From Azolla caroliniana (taxonomy: Eukaryota > Plantae > Polypodiophyta): DNA of 64,000 nt. Both the position numbers and the translations under genes were made by a program. The notes under the pieces are model-generated. The model worked only from the letters and a program-made list of their open reading frames with translations. It ran no database searches and was not told where the DNA came from. This document shows, piece after piece, positions 47,619 through 60,576 of this stretch. The stretch spans positions 15,252,001 to 15,316,000 of the forward strand of contig JBHGNT010000018.1 of the NCBI GenBank assembly GCA_043228905.1. The letters run 5' to 3'. Each line of letters begins with the position of its first letter. Within the stretch, counting starts at the first letter, position 1.

Positions 47619-50600
47619 TGTTGGGATTACGGTCCCTCCGGATGGGATGGTCGGATGTCCGGGAATCGGATGATGAATACCCCGGCTACGGAGCCGGATG
47701 ATGAAGACCCCGGCTACGGAGCCGGATGATGAAGACCCCGGCTACGGAGCCGGATGCTGAAGACCCCGACTACGGAGCCGGATGCTGAAGACCCCGGCTA
47801 CGGAGCCGGATGATGAAGACCCCGGCTACGGAGCCGGATGCTGAAGACCCCGGTTACGGAGCCGGATGACAAATGTACCCGGAGAGAGATCCGGATGCGG
47901 GGACATATTTGTGAATATGTTTGCCAAGAGCCCTTGAGGCTATATTTGTAAATAGCCCGAAAGTCATATGTGTATAAATATGACTTAGGGCAAACAGTTT
48001 AAATGTTGTTGCTCATTTTTATGTTTTCAGCCTAGAGAGCAAAGTTAGAGCAGCGGAGAGAGAGGGAGAGAAACGAAGAGGTCGACATCTCTGTGTATCA
48101 CCACCGCCTGTGGCGAAGACAGTGAGCTCAAGGTCGTTGCCTTGTAGCTTCACCATTGTACACCTCTGTTTATAGTGATAGTTGGAGTTTGAGGACTCCC
48201 GTGGTTTTTTCCCATTTAGGGTTTTCCACGTAAAACATCCTGTGTACTCCTCTCTCTATTGTCCTCGTGCACTTTGTATTTCCCGTTTTCTGTGAGTTGA
48301 TCCTATTCCTCGGTTTGTGATCGAGCGCTGTTTTGCAACAAATTGGTATCAGAGCGACGGTAACACAGAAAATGGAAGGCGGCGGTAGTGGGCCTCCGGG
48401 CATGATGGTGTTGAACTCACAGAACTACGCCGACTGGCAGATAAAGATGGAAGACCTTCTCATCGTCCGAGACCTGTATGAACCGATCGACAATGCCGAG
48501 ATACCCAAGGGGGTAATAGAGTCGGAGTGGAAGCTCCTGAACCGGAAAGTCGTAGCGACGATCCGGCAATATGTCGATGTAAGCGTTCTACAACATGTGG
48601 CGAACGACACCAACGCATATGAGATGTGGAAGAAGCTGTCGGGCCTCTACGAGAGGAAGAATGCGTTGAACCGGACCTCCCTGATGAGGAAGATAGTGAA
48701 CCTCAAGTACCGGGACGGCGAGAATATGGTGGAACACGTGAGCACGTTCATGGGATTCGTGAACCAGCTTGCGGCGATCAAGTTCCCGTTGGAGGATGCA
48801 ATGCAAGCCATCATTCTGATGTGTACATTGCCGGAAAGCTGGGAGAACCTGGTGGTGACTCTCAGCACCTCCTGCACCGAAGATAACTTGTCTCCGAAGA
48901 AGCGCGTCGGAGAGATAAAGAACCGGTTTCCGATCCGAAGATGCTGCTTACCGAATCGGATCGGGGAAGACAATGGAACCGGAGTCCGCAAAGACAGGAG
49001 AAGTCGGGGACCCAGTCGCAGTCAAGAGGAAGGCCCACATGCTTCCACTGTGGGAAGCCGGGGCACTTCCGGAAGAATTGTCGGCATTACCGAAAAGACA
49101 ACGGAGCCGACGACACCGATTCGAAGAAGTCACCGGAGAGAAACGGTGCATACCGGGGAGCCACGGATCGGAGAGGTCCGGATCGGCGAGGGCAGGACCG
49201 GAAAGGAACGACGGCACTCGCGGCAAGTGAAGAAGAGATAATGCTCATTACCGAAGAGAGGGAGCTGAACCTTGCCAGTGTAGAGATGACCTGGGTGGTC
49301 GATTCCGGAGCGTCGTTCCACCTGACCCCGGAGAAGAAATACTTCTCATCCTACACAGCCGGTGAGCACGGCTGTGTCCGGATGGGAAATGAAGGCACAT
49401 GCCGGATTGCCGGCATAGGAGACGTGTGGCTGATGACATCAACCGGATGCAAGATGCTGCTGAAGGATGTTCGACACGTTCCGGAGGTCCGATTGAACCT
49501 GATCTCGGCCGGGAGGCTAGATGATGAAGGCTACACGGGTAGCATCCGGAACGGTGTCATGAAGTTCAGCAAAGGGAGCCTGATAGTGGCTCGGGCCCGG
49601 AAGGTCAATACACTGTACCTGATGAATTCCCGGCTATGTCCGGAGGAGCTGAACGTGGCAGCCGACACTGCCGGTGAGCTGTGGCACAAGAGACTGTGCC
49701 ACATGAGTGAGAAGGGGATGAAGAGGCTTGCCGATGACAACCTGATACCGGTAAAGCATGTACACCTGGGGAAGTGTACCGACTGTCTAGCCGGTAAGCA
49801 AAACCGGACCTCCTTCCACTCAAGGCCACCGACGAGACGTAGCGCACCATTGGAGTTGGTACACACTGATGTGTGTCAAGTAGAAGCGAAGTCACATGGC
49901 GGAGCTCAGTACTTCGTAACATTCATAGATGACCATAGCCGGAAGCTGTGGACGGCACCGTTGAAGACAAAGGACCAAGTATTGTCCGCCTTCAAAGAAC
50001 TCCACGCGAGAGTGGAAAGAGAATCCGGCAAGAAGCTGAAAGCGATACGAGCGGATAACGGAGGGGAATACCGGGGGCAGTTCGCAGAGTACTGTCGCTC
50101 GAAGGGAATCCGGCTCGAGTTTACTGTGCCAAAGACGCCGGAACTGAACGGGCTGGCCGAGAGGATGAACCGGACCATAATGGAGAGGGTCCGGAGTATG
50201 CTAGCACATGCGAAATTACCCAAGGGATTTTGGGCTGAGGCAATGTCGACGGCGACGTATGTGATAAATAGATCACCCTCAGTACCTTTGGACGGAGACA
50301 CGCCGCAGAAAGTGTGGACCGGTAAGGAAGTGTCCTACCGGCATCTGAAGGTGTTCGGGTGTCTCGCATACGTGCATGTGGCAAAGGACCGGAGAGGAAA
50401 GTTAGATCCAAAGACCTGGCCATGCATATTCCTCGATTACGGCGACGACGAGTTCGGCTACCGAGTATGGGACCCGGTCGACAAGAAGATATTCAGGAGT
50501 CGAGATATCATCTTCATGGAGGACAAGACACTCGCCGACTGGGAGTCGGAGAAGAAGATGAAGAGCTCCAAGTCGACCGGTGAGGATCAACTCTACGAAG

Positions 50601-53177
50601 AGCAGTCCCGACCGGCAAGGGACCGGTTAGCACTCGAGGATCCGGCCGAAGACGGTGAAGAAACAGAACCGGCCGAGGAAGATGAAACTGATACCGGAAC
50701 CGGCCCCGATCCCGAAATGGATTCGGATGAAGAGGAAACGGAGGAGCCGGTTACCGAAGCTCCGGAACGGAGATATCCTCTAAGAGAGAGAAGGGCCCCC
50801 CGGAGATTTCCGGAACCAGAGCACGTGCTGCTAACCGACGAGGGGGAGCCGGAGAGCTTTGAAGAAGCAAAACTTGACACCCATAGCCGCAGGTGGTTAA
50901 GTGCCATGCAGGAGGAGATGGATTCCCTGCATGAGAACCACACATATGAACTTGTGGAGTTGCCGAAAGGAAAGCGGGCACTTCGAAACAAGTGGGTGTT
51001 CAAGCTGAAACCGGGAGATGTCGGAAACCCCCCGAGATACAAAGCCAGGATCGTAGTGAAGGGGTTCCAGCAGAAGAAGGGCGTCGACTTCGACGAGATA
51101 TTTGCCCCGGTAGTGAAGATGACCTCCATCCGGACGGTGCTGAGCATAGCGGCAAGCGTGGACCTCGAGGTAGAACAGATGGACGTGAAGACGACATTCC
51201 TTCACGGTGACCTCGAAGAAGAGATCTACATGCAGCAACCGGAAGGATTCGAGAAGAAAGGGAAGGAGCACCTGGTATGCCAGTTGAAGAAGAGCCTTTA
51301 CGGACTGAAGCAGGCTCCCCGGCAATGGTACCGGAAGTTCGACTCTTTCATGACCGACGAAGGTTACCACAAAACGCAGTCCGATCACTGCGTGTTTGTG
51401 AAGAAGTTCGAAGGAGGAGACTTTCTAATACTCCTCCTGTACGTGGACGACATGTTGATCGTCGGACGGGACCAGGCCAAGATACGGATGCTGAAGAAAG
51501 CGCTTCACCGAACTTTCTCAATGAAGGACCTGGGTCCGGCGAGGCAAATAATAGGGATGCACATCATCCGGAACCGGAAGAAGAAGCAGTTGTGGCTGTC
51601 ACAGGAGAAGTACGTGACAAAGGTGCTTCACCAGTTCAACATGTCGGAAGCAAGACCGGTCGGGTCAACCCTCCCGGCAAACTGCAAGTTGTCCAGCAAG
51701 CAAAGCCCCAAGACAAAGGCTGAGAAGGAGGACATGATGAAAGTACCATATGCCTCTGCCGTCGGAAGCTTGATGTACGCAATGGTGTGTACAAGACCGG
51801 ACATAGGATACGCAGTCGGAGTGGTGAGCCGGTACATGAGCAATCCCGGCAAAGAGCACTGGAACGCGGTCAAGTGGATACTCTGATACCTGAAGGGCAC
51901 GGCAAACGTGTGCCTCCGATTCGGCTCCGGTAAGCCCGAACTCGACGGCTTTACCGATTCGGATATGTCGGCTGATGCAGATACCAGCCGGTCCACATCA
52001 GGGTATGTGATGACGTATGCAGGGGGAGCTGTTTCGTGGCAGTCGAGGCTGCAGAAGACGGTTGCGTTGTCAACCACGGAGGCGGAGTACATGGCGGCTG
52101 TTGAAGCCGGCAAGGAAATAATATGGATGAAGGACTTCATTAGAGAGCTCGGTATCCGGCAGGAGGAGTACCGACTCTACTGCGACAGTCAGAGTGCCAT
52201 CCACCTTGCGAAGAATGCGGCCTATCACTCCCGGACGAAGCACATCCAGCGTAGATACCACTGGATCCGGGAAAGGATAGAAGACAAGGAGTTCATGCTG
52301 ACGAAGATCCACACGGACGAGAACGGGTCGGATATGCTGACCAAGGTACTCACACCCGACAAGCTGGAAGCATGCCGGAAAAGGATCGGATTGGAGAGAC
52401 ATCCCATGCCGAAGTGAAGGGGGAGTTTGTTGGGATTACGGTCCCTCCGGATGGGATGGTTGGATGTCCGGGAATCGGATGATGAATACCCCGGCTACGG
52501 AGCCGGATGATGAAGACCCCGGCTACGGAGCCGGATGATGAAGACCCCGGTTACGGAGCCGGATGCTGAAGACCCCGACTACGGAGCCGGATGCTGAAGA
52601 CCCCGACTACGGAGCCGGATGCTGAAGACTCCGGCTACGGAGCCGGATGATGAAGTCCCCGACTACGGAGCCGGATGCTGAAGACCCCGGTTACGGAGCC
52701 GGATGACAAATGTACCCGGAGAGAGATCCGGATGCGGGGACATATTTGTGAATATGTTTGCCAAGAGCCCTTGAGGCTATATTTGTAAATAGCCCGAAAG
52801 TCATATGTGTATAAATATGACTTAGGGCAAACAGTTTAAATGTTGTTGCTCATTTTTATGTTTTCAGCCTAGAGAGCAAAGTTAGAGCAGCGGAGAGAGA
52901 GGGAGAGAAACGAAGAGGTCGACATCTCTGTGTATCACCGCCGCCTGTGGCGAAGACAGTGAGCTCAAGGTCGTTGCCTTGTAGCTTCACCATTGTACAC
53001 CTCTGTTTATAGTGATAGTTGGAGTTTGAGGACTCCCATGGTTTTTTCCCATTTAGGGTTTTCCACGTAAAACATCTTGTGTACTCCTCTCTCTATTGTC
53101 CTCGTGCACTTTGTATTTCCCGTTTTCTGTGAGTTGATCCTATTCCTCGGTTTGTGATCGAGCGTTGTTTTGCAACA
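47619..53177 (+). mobile_element. Ty1/copia element C5 (C4 family), full length, inserted in the G4 3' LTR; TSD ATACG
   Basis: LTRs 47619-48340 and 52428-53177; PBS 48344-48355; PPT GAAGGGGGAG; TSD at 47614-47618 and 53178-53182. Confidence 0.97.
48372..52417 (+). pseudogene. C5 gag-pol, disrupted by a short frameshifting deletion near 48892 and a TGA at 51884-51886
   Basis: ORFs 48333-49241, 48941-51886 and 51908-52417 are collinear with the C4 polyprotein. Confidence 0.93.
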
Positions 53178-54724
53178 ATACGTGACCGGGCGTCTCTCTC
53201 TTTCTCTTTCCCCTTCTATCACCTGCTCTTCGGTTCAAGACCCCGGTGGTCCCGCCTCGTTTCTCCACGCACGCGCGTAGTAACGCGACAACGGGAAGGT
53301 AGAGCGCGGACACGGGCCGATTGTCAAAGCGTTAGTACAGGCGTGCGGAGGCCAAGTTAGGAATTGGCCACGGCTGCTACCTTATGCCTTGTGGGCGGAC
53401 CGGACTACGCACAGTTCGGTAACCGAGTTCATGCCGACAGAGCTTATGTTCGGACAGAAGCCGATCATGCCAATAGAGCCAACGATCTCCTCGTGGGCCA
53501 TAGTGGACTGGAGGGATAAGATGAGCCGGGAGGAACTGTTGGCGGCGCAGATTCGACAGCTCAAGCGGAGGCCGGAGGACGTAGAGCGAGCCGCGGAGAA
53601 ACTTCGGGTAGCGAGGATAAGGAACAAAGCCCAGTTCGACCGAACACACCGGCTCCGGCCAAGGAAGATCGAGGAAGGCGACTGGGTGCTAGTCTACGAC
53701 AGCAACCTCGACAATCAGCACAGGGCCACGCGGAAGTTTGCGAGGAGGTGGTTCGGGACTTACGTAGTAACAGGCACCAACGACAATGGGACGTACCATC
53801 TCGCGGAGCTCGACAGTACAAGAATGGCGATACCGGTAGCGGGGAGGAGGATCAAAGCGTTCAAGAAATGACACGACGGTGAGCCGGAGCTAGGGGGCAT
53901 GGACAGCAACGACGAGCAGCCCGAGGCGGAGGACGAACCGGTAAACGAGGAACAAAAGCAAGGATCGGTTTTCTCCAGTAGGAACCCAATTTTGGCGCAT
54001 ACCGGTGGATGCGCGGTTAAGTGGGGGCGGATGTCGTGAAGAAAACCGTCCCCAGGCGCAAACCGTGTATAGCGTGTGTGAGCCGGCCCTTACACATGGG
54101 CACGCCCCTTGTTGTATAGTAGATAGGTAGGCACAAAAGTCAAATCCTAAGTAGCAATATTCTATAGGGGGAATCGAGGAGTATCTCTGTTCGAAAGGAC
54201 AGAGAATTAATGTGATGTAAACGGGTGAAACGGCCTCCCTCCTTAAGCTATAAAAGAGAGGGAGACGGGGAGAGAAGGTATCGCGCGCTAGAGGGGACGA
54301 AGTGCTGTCGGACTGGGACCGAACTCTGTCATTCTCCATAGCTTTCTTTTGCGTAGGTTATCGAGAGGCTGTTTCTGCTCCGTGGAACGCCCGTGTGCTT
54401 CTGGCAGAATCTCCATCTTGCTCCCCTGTGTGCATGGGTGATCAGGCGTCGGCATCCATCTCGCCAACCTGATCGGCTGTAACCGTTCGAGTCATCTGCA
54501 TACATACAAATACATGCGTATATTTATATACATGCACTAGTGTTCTTATACTCTATCTTCTGCTCAACTCATGCCTCCTGTGTTGTTGGGCCGCATTCCC
54601 GTGCGCTTCTTTGTCTATACGTGTGTGAGCGTCTCTCTCTCTCTCTCACTTTCTCACTTATTCCTCGGTCCAAGACCCTAGTGGTCCCGCCTTGTTCTCC
54701 ACGCACGCGCGAAACAACGCAACA

Positions 54725-54997
54725 ACGGTAATCAATACGTGAAGATAAAACCAGACGCTTATATTAATTCACCGTTAAAGTTTTACATTGTAACCGGGCC
54801 TTTATATAGGTCACCGGTGCTGCGTACAAAATAGTGCCAACCAGCACCTGTTCGGAATCGGTCAGGATCCGGATCAGCATACCGATTCCGTCTGTCTGGT
54901 CACTACATAATTATAATCTACTTTACTTAATTAAATATATTCCGAATAACCATCCCTTTCACATTCTGGTCTCTGCTCCTTTGCCGGCCAGGTAACA
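54725..54997 (-). repeat. Fragment of an unclassified LTR (host of G3, itself inserted in C6)
   Basis: Starts TGTTAC at 54997 exactly where C6 coding sequence (LPKFSGW) stops; TATA-like CTATATAAAG on the minus strand near 54800-54809. Confidence 0.5.
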
Positions 54998-56983
54998 CCA
55001 GCCACTAAATTTGGGCAATCCAAACACCACCTGTTTCGATTGCAGGTCCTGAAGCCATTGATAGTTGATGTGGCCTATCCGCTTGGGCCATAAGTCGATA
55101 TCTGACTCGAGTTTTTGTCCTTTCGTGAACATTGTGGTGCTACCGTCACTAGAGTCGAGGATAAACATCCTCCCGTCTCTGCGCCCTTGTGCAATAACTC
55201 GACCTTCTTCCTCGATGAAGCACCCGAGATGCGTGAACCGGACTTGCATCCCCTGGTTGACGATCTGCCCGACCGACACTAGATTCTTTGTGATTGTCAG
55301 GACGTGTAACATGTTCATGAGTTTCCCTTTCTGCTCGACATGGCTCGGGGGAACTTCACCGACATTCACGATCGGATGCGGAGTGTCGTCTCCGGTTGCG
55401 ACTACTCCCGGTTGCATCGGTTTCTCAAGGTATGAGAACCACTCCTAGTCGACGTACAGGAGTCGATGTACCACACCTCGTCCGACTTTGGGGTGATCTT
55501 CTTCATCGAGTTTTCTTCATGTCTTGTCATGAAGGTTGACCCTTTTCCGGCTTTTCTGGATCCTTCGGCGTAGTGCGATCGCTGCCTATTTCCTTTGTCG
55601 GTTTGTCCGGAACTTGATCCGGATCCGGTCCTCTCCAAATCGGCGCACTTCTTCCAACACTCGCTCTCCTTGTGGCCTTTCTTGCCACAGTACCAGCATT
55701 CCGCAATGGATTTCCCATGCCGGTTCTCGTCGTCTCAACTCCCCCTGTTTCCGGAGGGTCCGGAATTGTTGTCGGCATCACTTCGGTGCCTTCTTCCTTG
55801 ATCCCGTCGACCGCCTCCATTGCGCACCGACTCGTCTCGTCCACCACGACCACGGGGCCTATCTCCCTCCGTGTATAGAATCTTGCTATCGGCATGCGTG
55901 CTTGTCGATGCACCTGCGTGGTTCTCCTTTATAAGGAGCATCGATTGTAGGTCGAAAAATGACGGCGTATTCTCCCGTGTACACACAACAGTTCGGAATG
56001 CTCCGAACTTCGCGCCAATCACCCGAGACAAATCTGCACTATCTCACCTTCCTCGATTTTCACATCGATAGAGGCTAAGGAGTCGCATATCTCTTTGATT
56101 TTTGAGGTGTAATTAGCCACTGACAAGTCGCGTTGTCATAGGTTGCTCAAATTCTGTCAGATTTGAAGCATCCTGGTTGTAGTGCTTGTGACAAAAATCT
56201 TCTTCACATTTCCCCAAGCATCTTTCAGCGTTTTTGCATCCCGAATACAGCTTAGGAGTTGTTCCCCCACACAAGACGTGAAGCAGTACAGTACTCTGCT
56301 CGCCAACTGTTCCCATGCCGGGAAATCTCTGTGTGTCGATTCGGGTGCTGTGTCATTTGCTCCGTCGACATAGCTCCAGTAACCGTGCCCGAGCAGGTAC
56401 TGGTTCATCTTGTAGGACCAAGACACGTAGTTGTTTCTGTCGAGCTTCTTCGTCAAAAGAGAGCTAGCCATGCCTCTATCCTTCTTCTTTTTCCTGTTCT
56501 TTACGAAGGTTGGGTTTTCTTCTTTGAGCTAAGGTCGGCTGCAGAGGTTCTCAACCCTCACGCTTTGATACCATGTAAAAAGAATAGTGTGCGGAAGCAA
56601 TAGAAAAACGAACATAGAAACGCAAGTTTAATGGAGAGCTTGAATATACACAGTACGCGGGAGACACACACAGAGAGAGAGAGAGAGTGCACATAAAACT
56701 CAATTCAAAAATAATACTCAATTTGTACATAGGATGTGCTCAGTGAGCACTTTTATACAAGCCCTGACTATCGGGCTGACACAAGTACTGATAGTACTTG
56801 AATGCTCATAAATGAGCCTACTACACTAACTCCCAAAATTATTCCTTACGAAGAATACCATACTAACGGCCTTCCGGTTTACACACCGATACGGCCTCGT
56901 TATGTGTATTATTTTACGCACCTAATCTACGCACTAGGTTACGTACCGTATTACGCACTCAATGTTGAGCTTGTCACTCAACA
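54998..56983 (-). mobile_element. Degenerate copia C6 (A1 family): 5' LTR 56574-56983, PBS 56562-56573, gag and protease
   Basis: PBS TGGTATCAAAGC; KKLDRNNYVSWSYKMNQY; WYIDS; DLWPKRIGH. Confidence 0.9.
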
Positions 56984-59900
56984 GTGATGAAGAAATGGTG
57001 TAGATATGCCTCGGAGGCTTGGCACCTCGATTTAGCGCAATAAGGTCTATCGTCCTTGCAAGAGAGAATCCTCCCACCTTTTTCGATTTCCAGTCAATAT
57101 TGCTAGTCGAGGAAAATCACGCCCAACAAAGGAGCAACGCACTAGAGGGTCAGATGCTCTACTTCCAATCAGCTGATAGAAGAAATTTTGGTCGTGAAAA
57201 TAGAGGTTGATATGGACAAGGCCTTCACGGTCAGCAGACCCAAGAGCATAACTCCCACCAATGACAAGCGGACAGGAACAATCCCAAAGAGTTCGGCAAA
57301 AGGGAAAGTCATCACGCCGGACCAAGAAATCGTGATAACCCAATCAAATGCGGATACTGTGGAAAACTCGGTCACTACAAAGAGGAATGCCGAAAGAAGA
57401 AGCGAAAGTCGGCTTCAACCAGCTAACAGCTCACGAGCTACGCATCGAATTCTAACTATGACAATTGTAGCGGAATGTTCACAAATTACGCATCGAATTC
57501 CGATTACGACAATCATAGTGGAATGTTCATAATGAGGCACAAAGCACACTCAATGGAAACACAAGGTGAAACAAGCACCACGCCCTCAGAGAATGTATGG
57601 TTTGTTGACTCGGGAGCATCCAACCACATGACGTCTCATGAAGATTGGTTTTAGGAATTACAAAAACACGAACGTCCCGGATATATCGAGACAAGTGATG
57701 ACACGACTCATCCAATACAACATATCGGGAACGTCCCATTCGGAAACGGCGGCAAACAAACCTACCTCAAGAATGTATTGCATGTTCCTACCATCACGAA
57801 AAACCTGGTCTCGGTCAGCCAGATTGTCGAACAAGGAATGCAAGTGCGATTCAATAATGATGGGTGCTTTATCAAAAGAGGAGATTGAGTTGTAGCTCAC
57901 GGCCGTCGTGAAGGCCGTATGTTTGTCCTCAAATCTAACGAGGTAAAATCGGCCATGTTTGCAAAGGGCCTCAAAGTCAAAACCGACCTAAACTTGTGGC
58001 ACAAGAGAATTGGTCACATCAATCTCCAGAACCTTCAGAACATGGAATCGAAAGGAGTCGTAATCGGACTCCTGAACTTTACCACGAAGGAGATTACGGG
58101 CGTATGCGAAGCGTGCCAGTTCGGAAAGCAACGCCGACATTCATTCTCAAAAGAGCAGAATGTGAGCCAAGGAATCCTGGATGTCGTACATTCAGATGTA
58201 TGGGGACAGGCCCAGACAACCACACTTGACGGATGCCAATATTATGTCATGTTCATCGACAACTTCTCTAGGCACACTTGGATCTACCTTTGGAAGTGTT
58301 CAGACACTTGCAAAGGTTCAAAGCCGAAGTCGAAAAAACTACGAGTCGGCATGTACGCTACCTTCGATTAGATGGAGGCAAAGAATATTTCTTGGATGAG
58401 TTTACGGCGTATCTCCGAAAGGAAGGAATCCGACGAGAATTTTCATGCCGTCACACACCTCAGCAAAACGACGTAGCCGAACGGAAGAACCGACACATAG
58501 TGGAGGTTGCACAGGCCATGATGAACGAAAAGCACTTGCCAAAGTGGTACTGCATAGAAGTGGCTAACACGGCCGTATACCTCATGAATCAGTGTACAAC
58601 ATTGGGTGTGCACGAACTTACTCCGCACAAGGAGTTTTTCGAAAAAAAGCTGGACCTATCACATGTTCGGATATTCGGCTCCATTGCATACGTGCACATC
58701 TCCGACGAGAAGATACAAAAGCTCGACCTGAAGTTGGAGAAATGTATCCTTGTAGGATACTCACTAGAGAAAAAGGGGTACAAGTGATATAACCCCTCAA
58801 CTCGAAAATCTCGAGTAAGTCGAGACATCGTTTTTGAAGAGTTTGCATCTTGGTACGCACCAGAGACAGCTTCGAGTCGAATTCCGCTCGACTTGGAATC
58901 CACCGAAATAGAGATAGAAGCCAAAGATCAACTTATGCGCATGTTCGACGAAAGTCCAATCATGACCCGAATAAGTGGGCCTCCGAGTGATCAAAGCACA
59001 TCTCGACCGAGTCCGAAGCTGGACAAAGGGAAGGCGAAAATGCCAGAGTATGAAGAAGATCACTTCAACGACAATGAATCAACTCACTCCCTCGATAGTG
59101 AGTTCGAAGGCCTTGACATCCGGACAAATGGAGCAAAGAAAGCCTTAGTATCCACGAATGAGAAGCTCCGCCGATCCACCCTTGGAAAGAAACCCGTAAG
59201 CCGATTCGGCTACAACGATTACATGGCGTATCATTCCGCCTTTATGATGAAGGTAGCGTCAGTACGGGAGCCGGAAACCCTTTCCGAAGCCATAAAGGAT
59301 CCACGATGGGTCGACGTGATGAATGAAGAAATGCAAGCCCTATGCAAAAAGGAGACATGGGATCTCATTCCTCAAATTTCGCACAAGAAAGCAATTGGTT
59401 GCCGATGGATTTACAAAGTGAAACACAATGCCGACGGCTATATAAATCGCTTCAAAGCACGGTTTGTTGCGAAAGGATACACACAAATGCACGGTGTTGA
59501 CTATGAAGAGACCTTTACCCTAGTGGCAAAGATGACAATTGTGCGAACCGTCGTTGCAATCGCAACAGCAAAAAGGTGGCACCTCCATCAGATGGATGTG
59601 AAGAACGTCTTCCTCGAAGGGGAGCTAAAGGAGGAAGTGTACATGATCCAACCACCCAGCTTTGAATCGTGCAATCATCCAAACATTGTATGTCGACGAC
59701 TCAAGAAGCTACATGGCATTCGAAGATCACGCAGTATCTTCATCAAATCAGATTTCAAATGTCATCTGATAATTCTCTATACATCCGAAACGAGTCAGAT
59801 AGCCCGATCCTCATCATCCTATATGTGGATGATTTGGTCATCGGAGGAAAGGAGCTCACCGAGATTAACAAGGTCAAATAACTTATCTCTGGTAGATTCT

Positions 59901-60576
59901 AAATGAAAGACTTGCACGAGCTGCATTACTTCTTAGGCGTCAAAGTAATTCGGACACCGGTCGGGATAATGATCTCACAACGACACTACGTCCTCAACTT
60001 ATTCTACAAGTTCGGCATGATAGAGTGCAAACTTGACCATAATCTCAAGCTTGATGTCGATTCCGGAACAACCGAGTGCGAGCCAACTCAACATCGCCAA
60101 TTGATCGACAACCTCATCTACCAAACCATACGTGACTCGACCTCAGCTATTCAGTCGGCCTATTAGCCAATTCATGAAAAATCCGTGAAACCTTCATCTT
60201 GATTGCACTAAGAGGGTACTTCGGTGCCCTAGTGGTATGATGGATTATGATATCAGATACAGGTCAAATACAATAATTCGACTCGAAGGGTACACAGACG
60301 CAAACTAGGCAGGTTATAAAGCGGACAAACGGTCAACATCAGGATTCGTCTTCTCCCTCGGCAGCAGAGCAATCTCATGGATTAGCAAGAAGCAACCGAC
60401 AGTCGCATTGTCGAGCACAGAGGCCGAATACAGGGGCGCGGCGGTCGGCGCGTGCGAAGCCGTATGGCTCAAGCGTATACTGAAGAATCTGTCGGCGTAC
60501 CCATCAAGAATCCGATTCATCTATACTACAACAACATGAGCAGTATCTACCTGGAGAGGAACCCTGTATTCCACAT
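56984..60576 (+). mobile_element. Degenerate copia C7 internal region (C2 family), gag C-terminus to RNase H
   Basis: [51 protein letters not shown]. Interrupted by C6 on the left and G7 on the right. Confidence 0.92.

Larger units (their letters stand above)
34016..53290 (+). mobile_element. Ty3/gypsy element G4 (5' LTR 34016-34439; 3' LTR 47081-47618 plus 53183-53290), TSD ACGG, host of G5 and C5
   Basis: ACGG at 34012-34015 and 53291-53294; PBS 34444-34461; gag 34482-35476 and 42641-43467; pol about 43500-47080 with stops. Confidence 0.93.
30065..54724 (+). mobile_element. Ty3/gypsy element G3 (5'-truncated; own sequence 30065-34015 and 53291-54724; 3' LTR 54032-54724), host of G4
   Basis: Gag C-terminus, protease, RT, RNase H and integrase with stops. 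Integrase YNPEANG|KVER rejoins across the G4 insertion; PPT before 54032. Confidence 0.92.
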
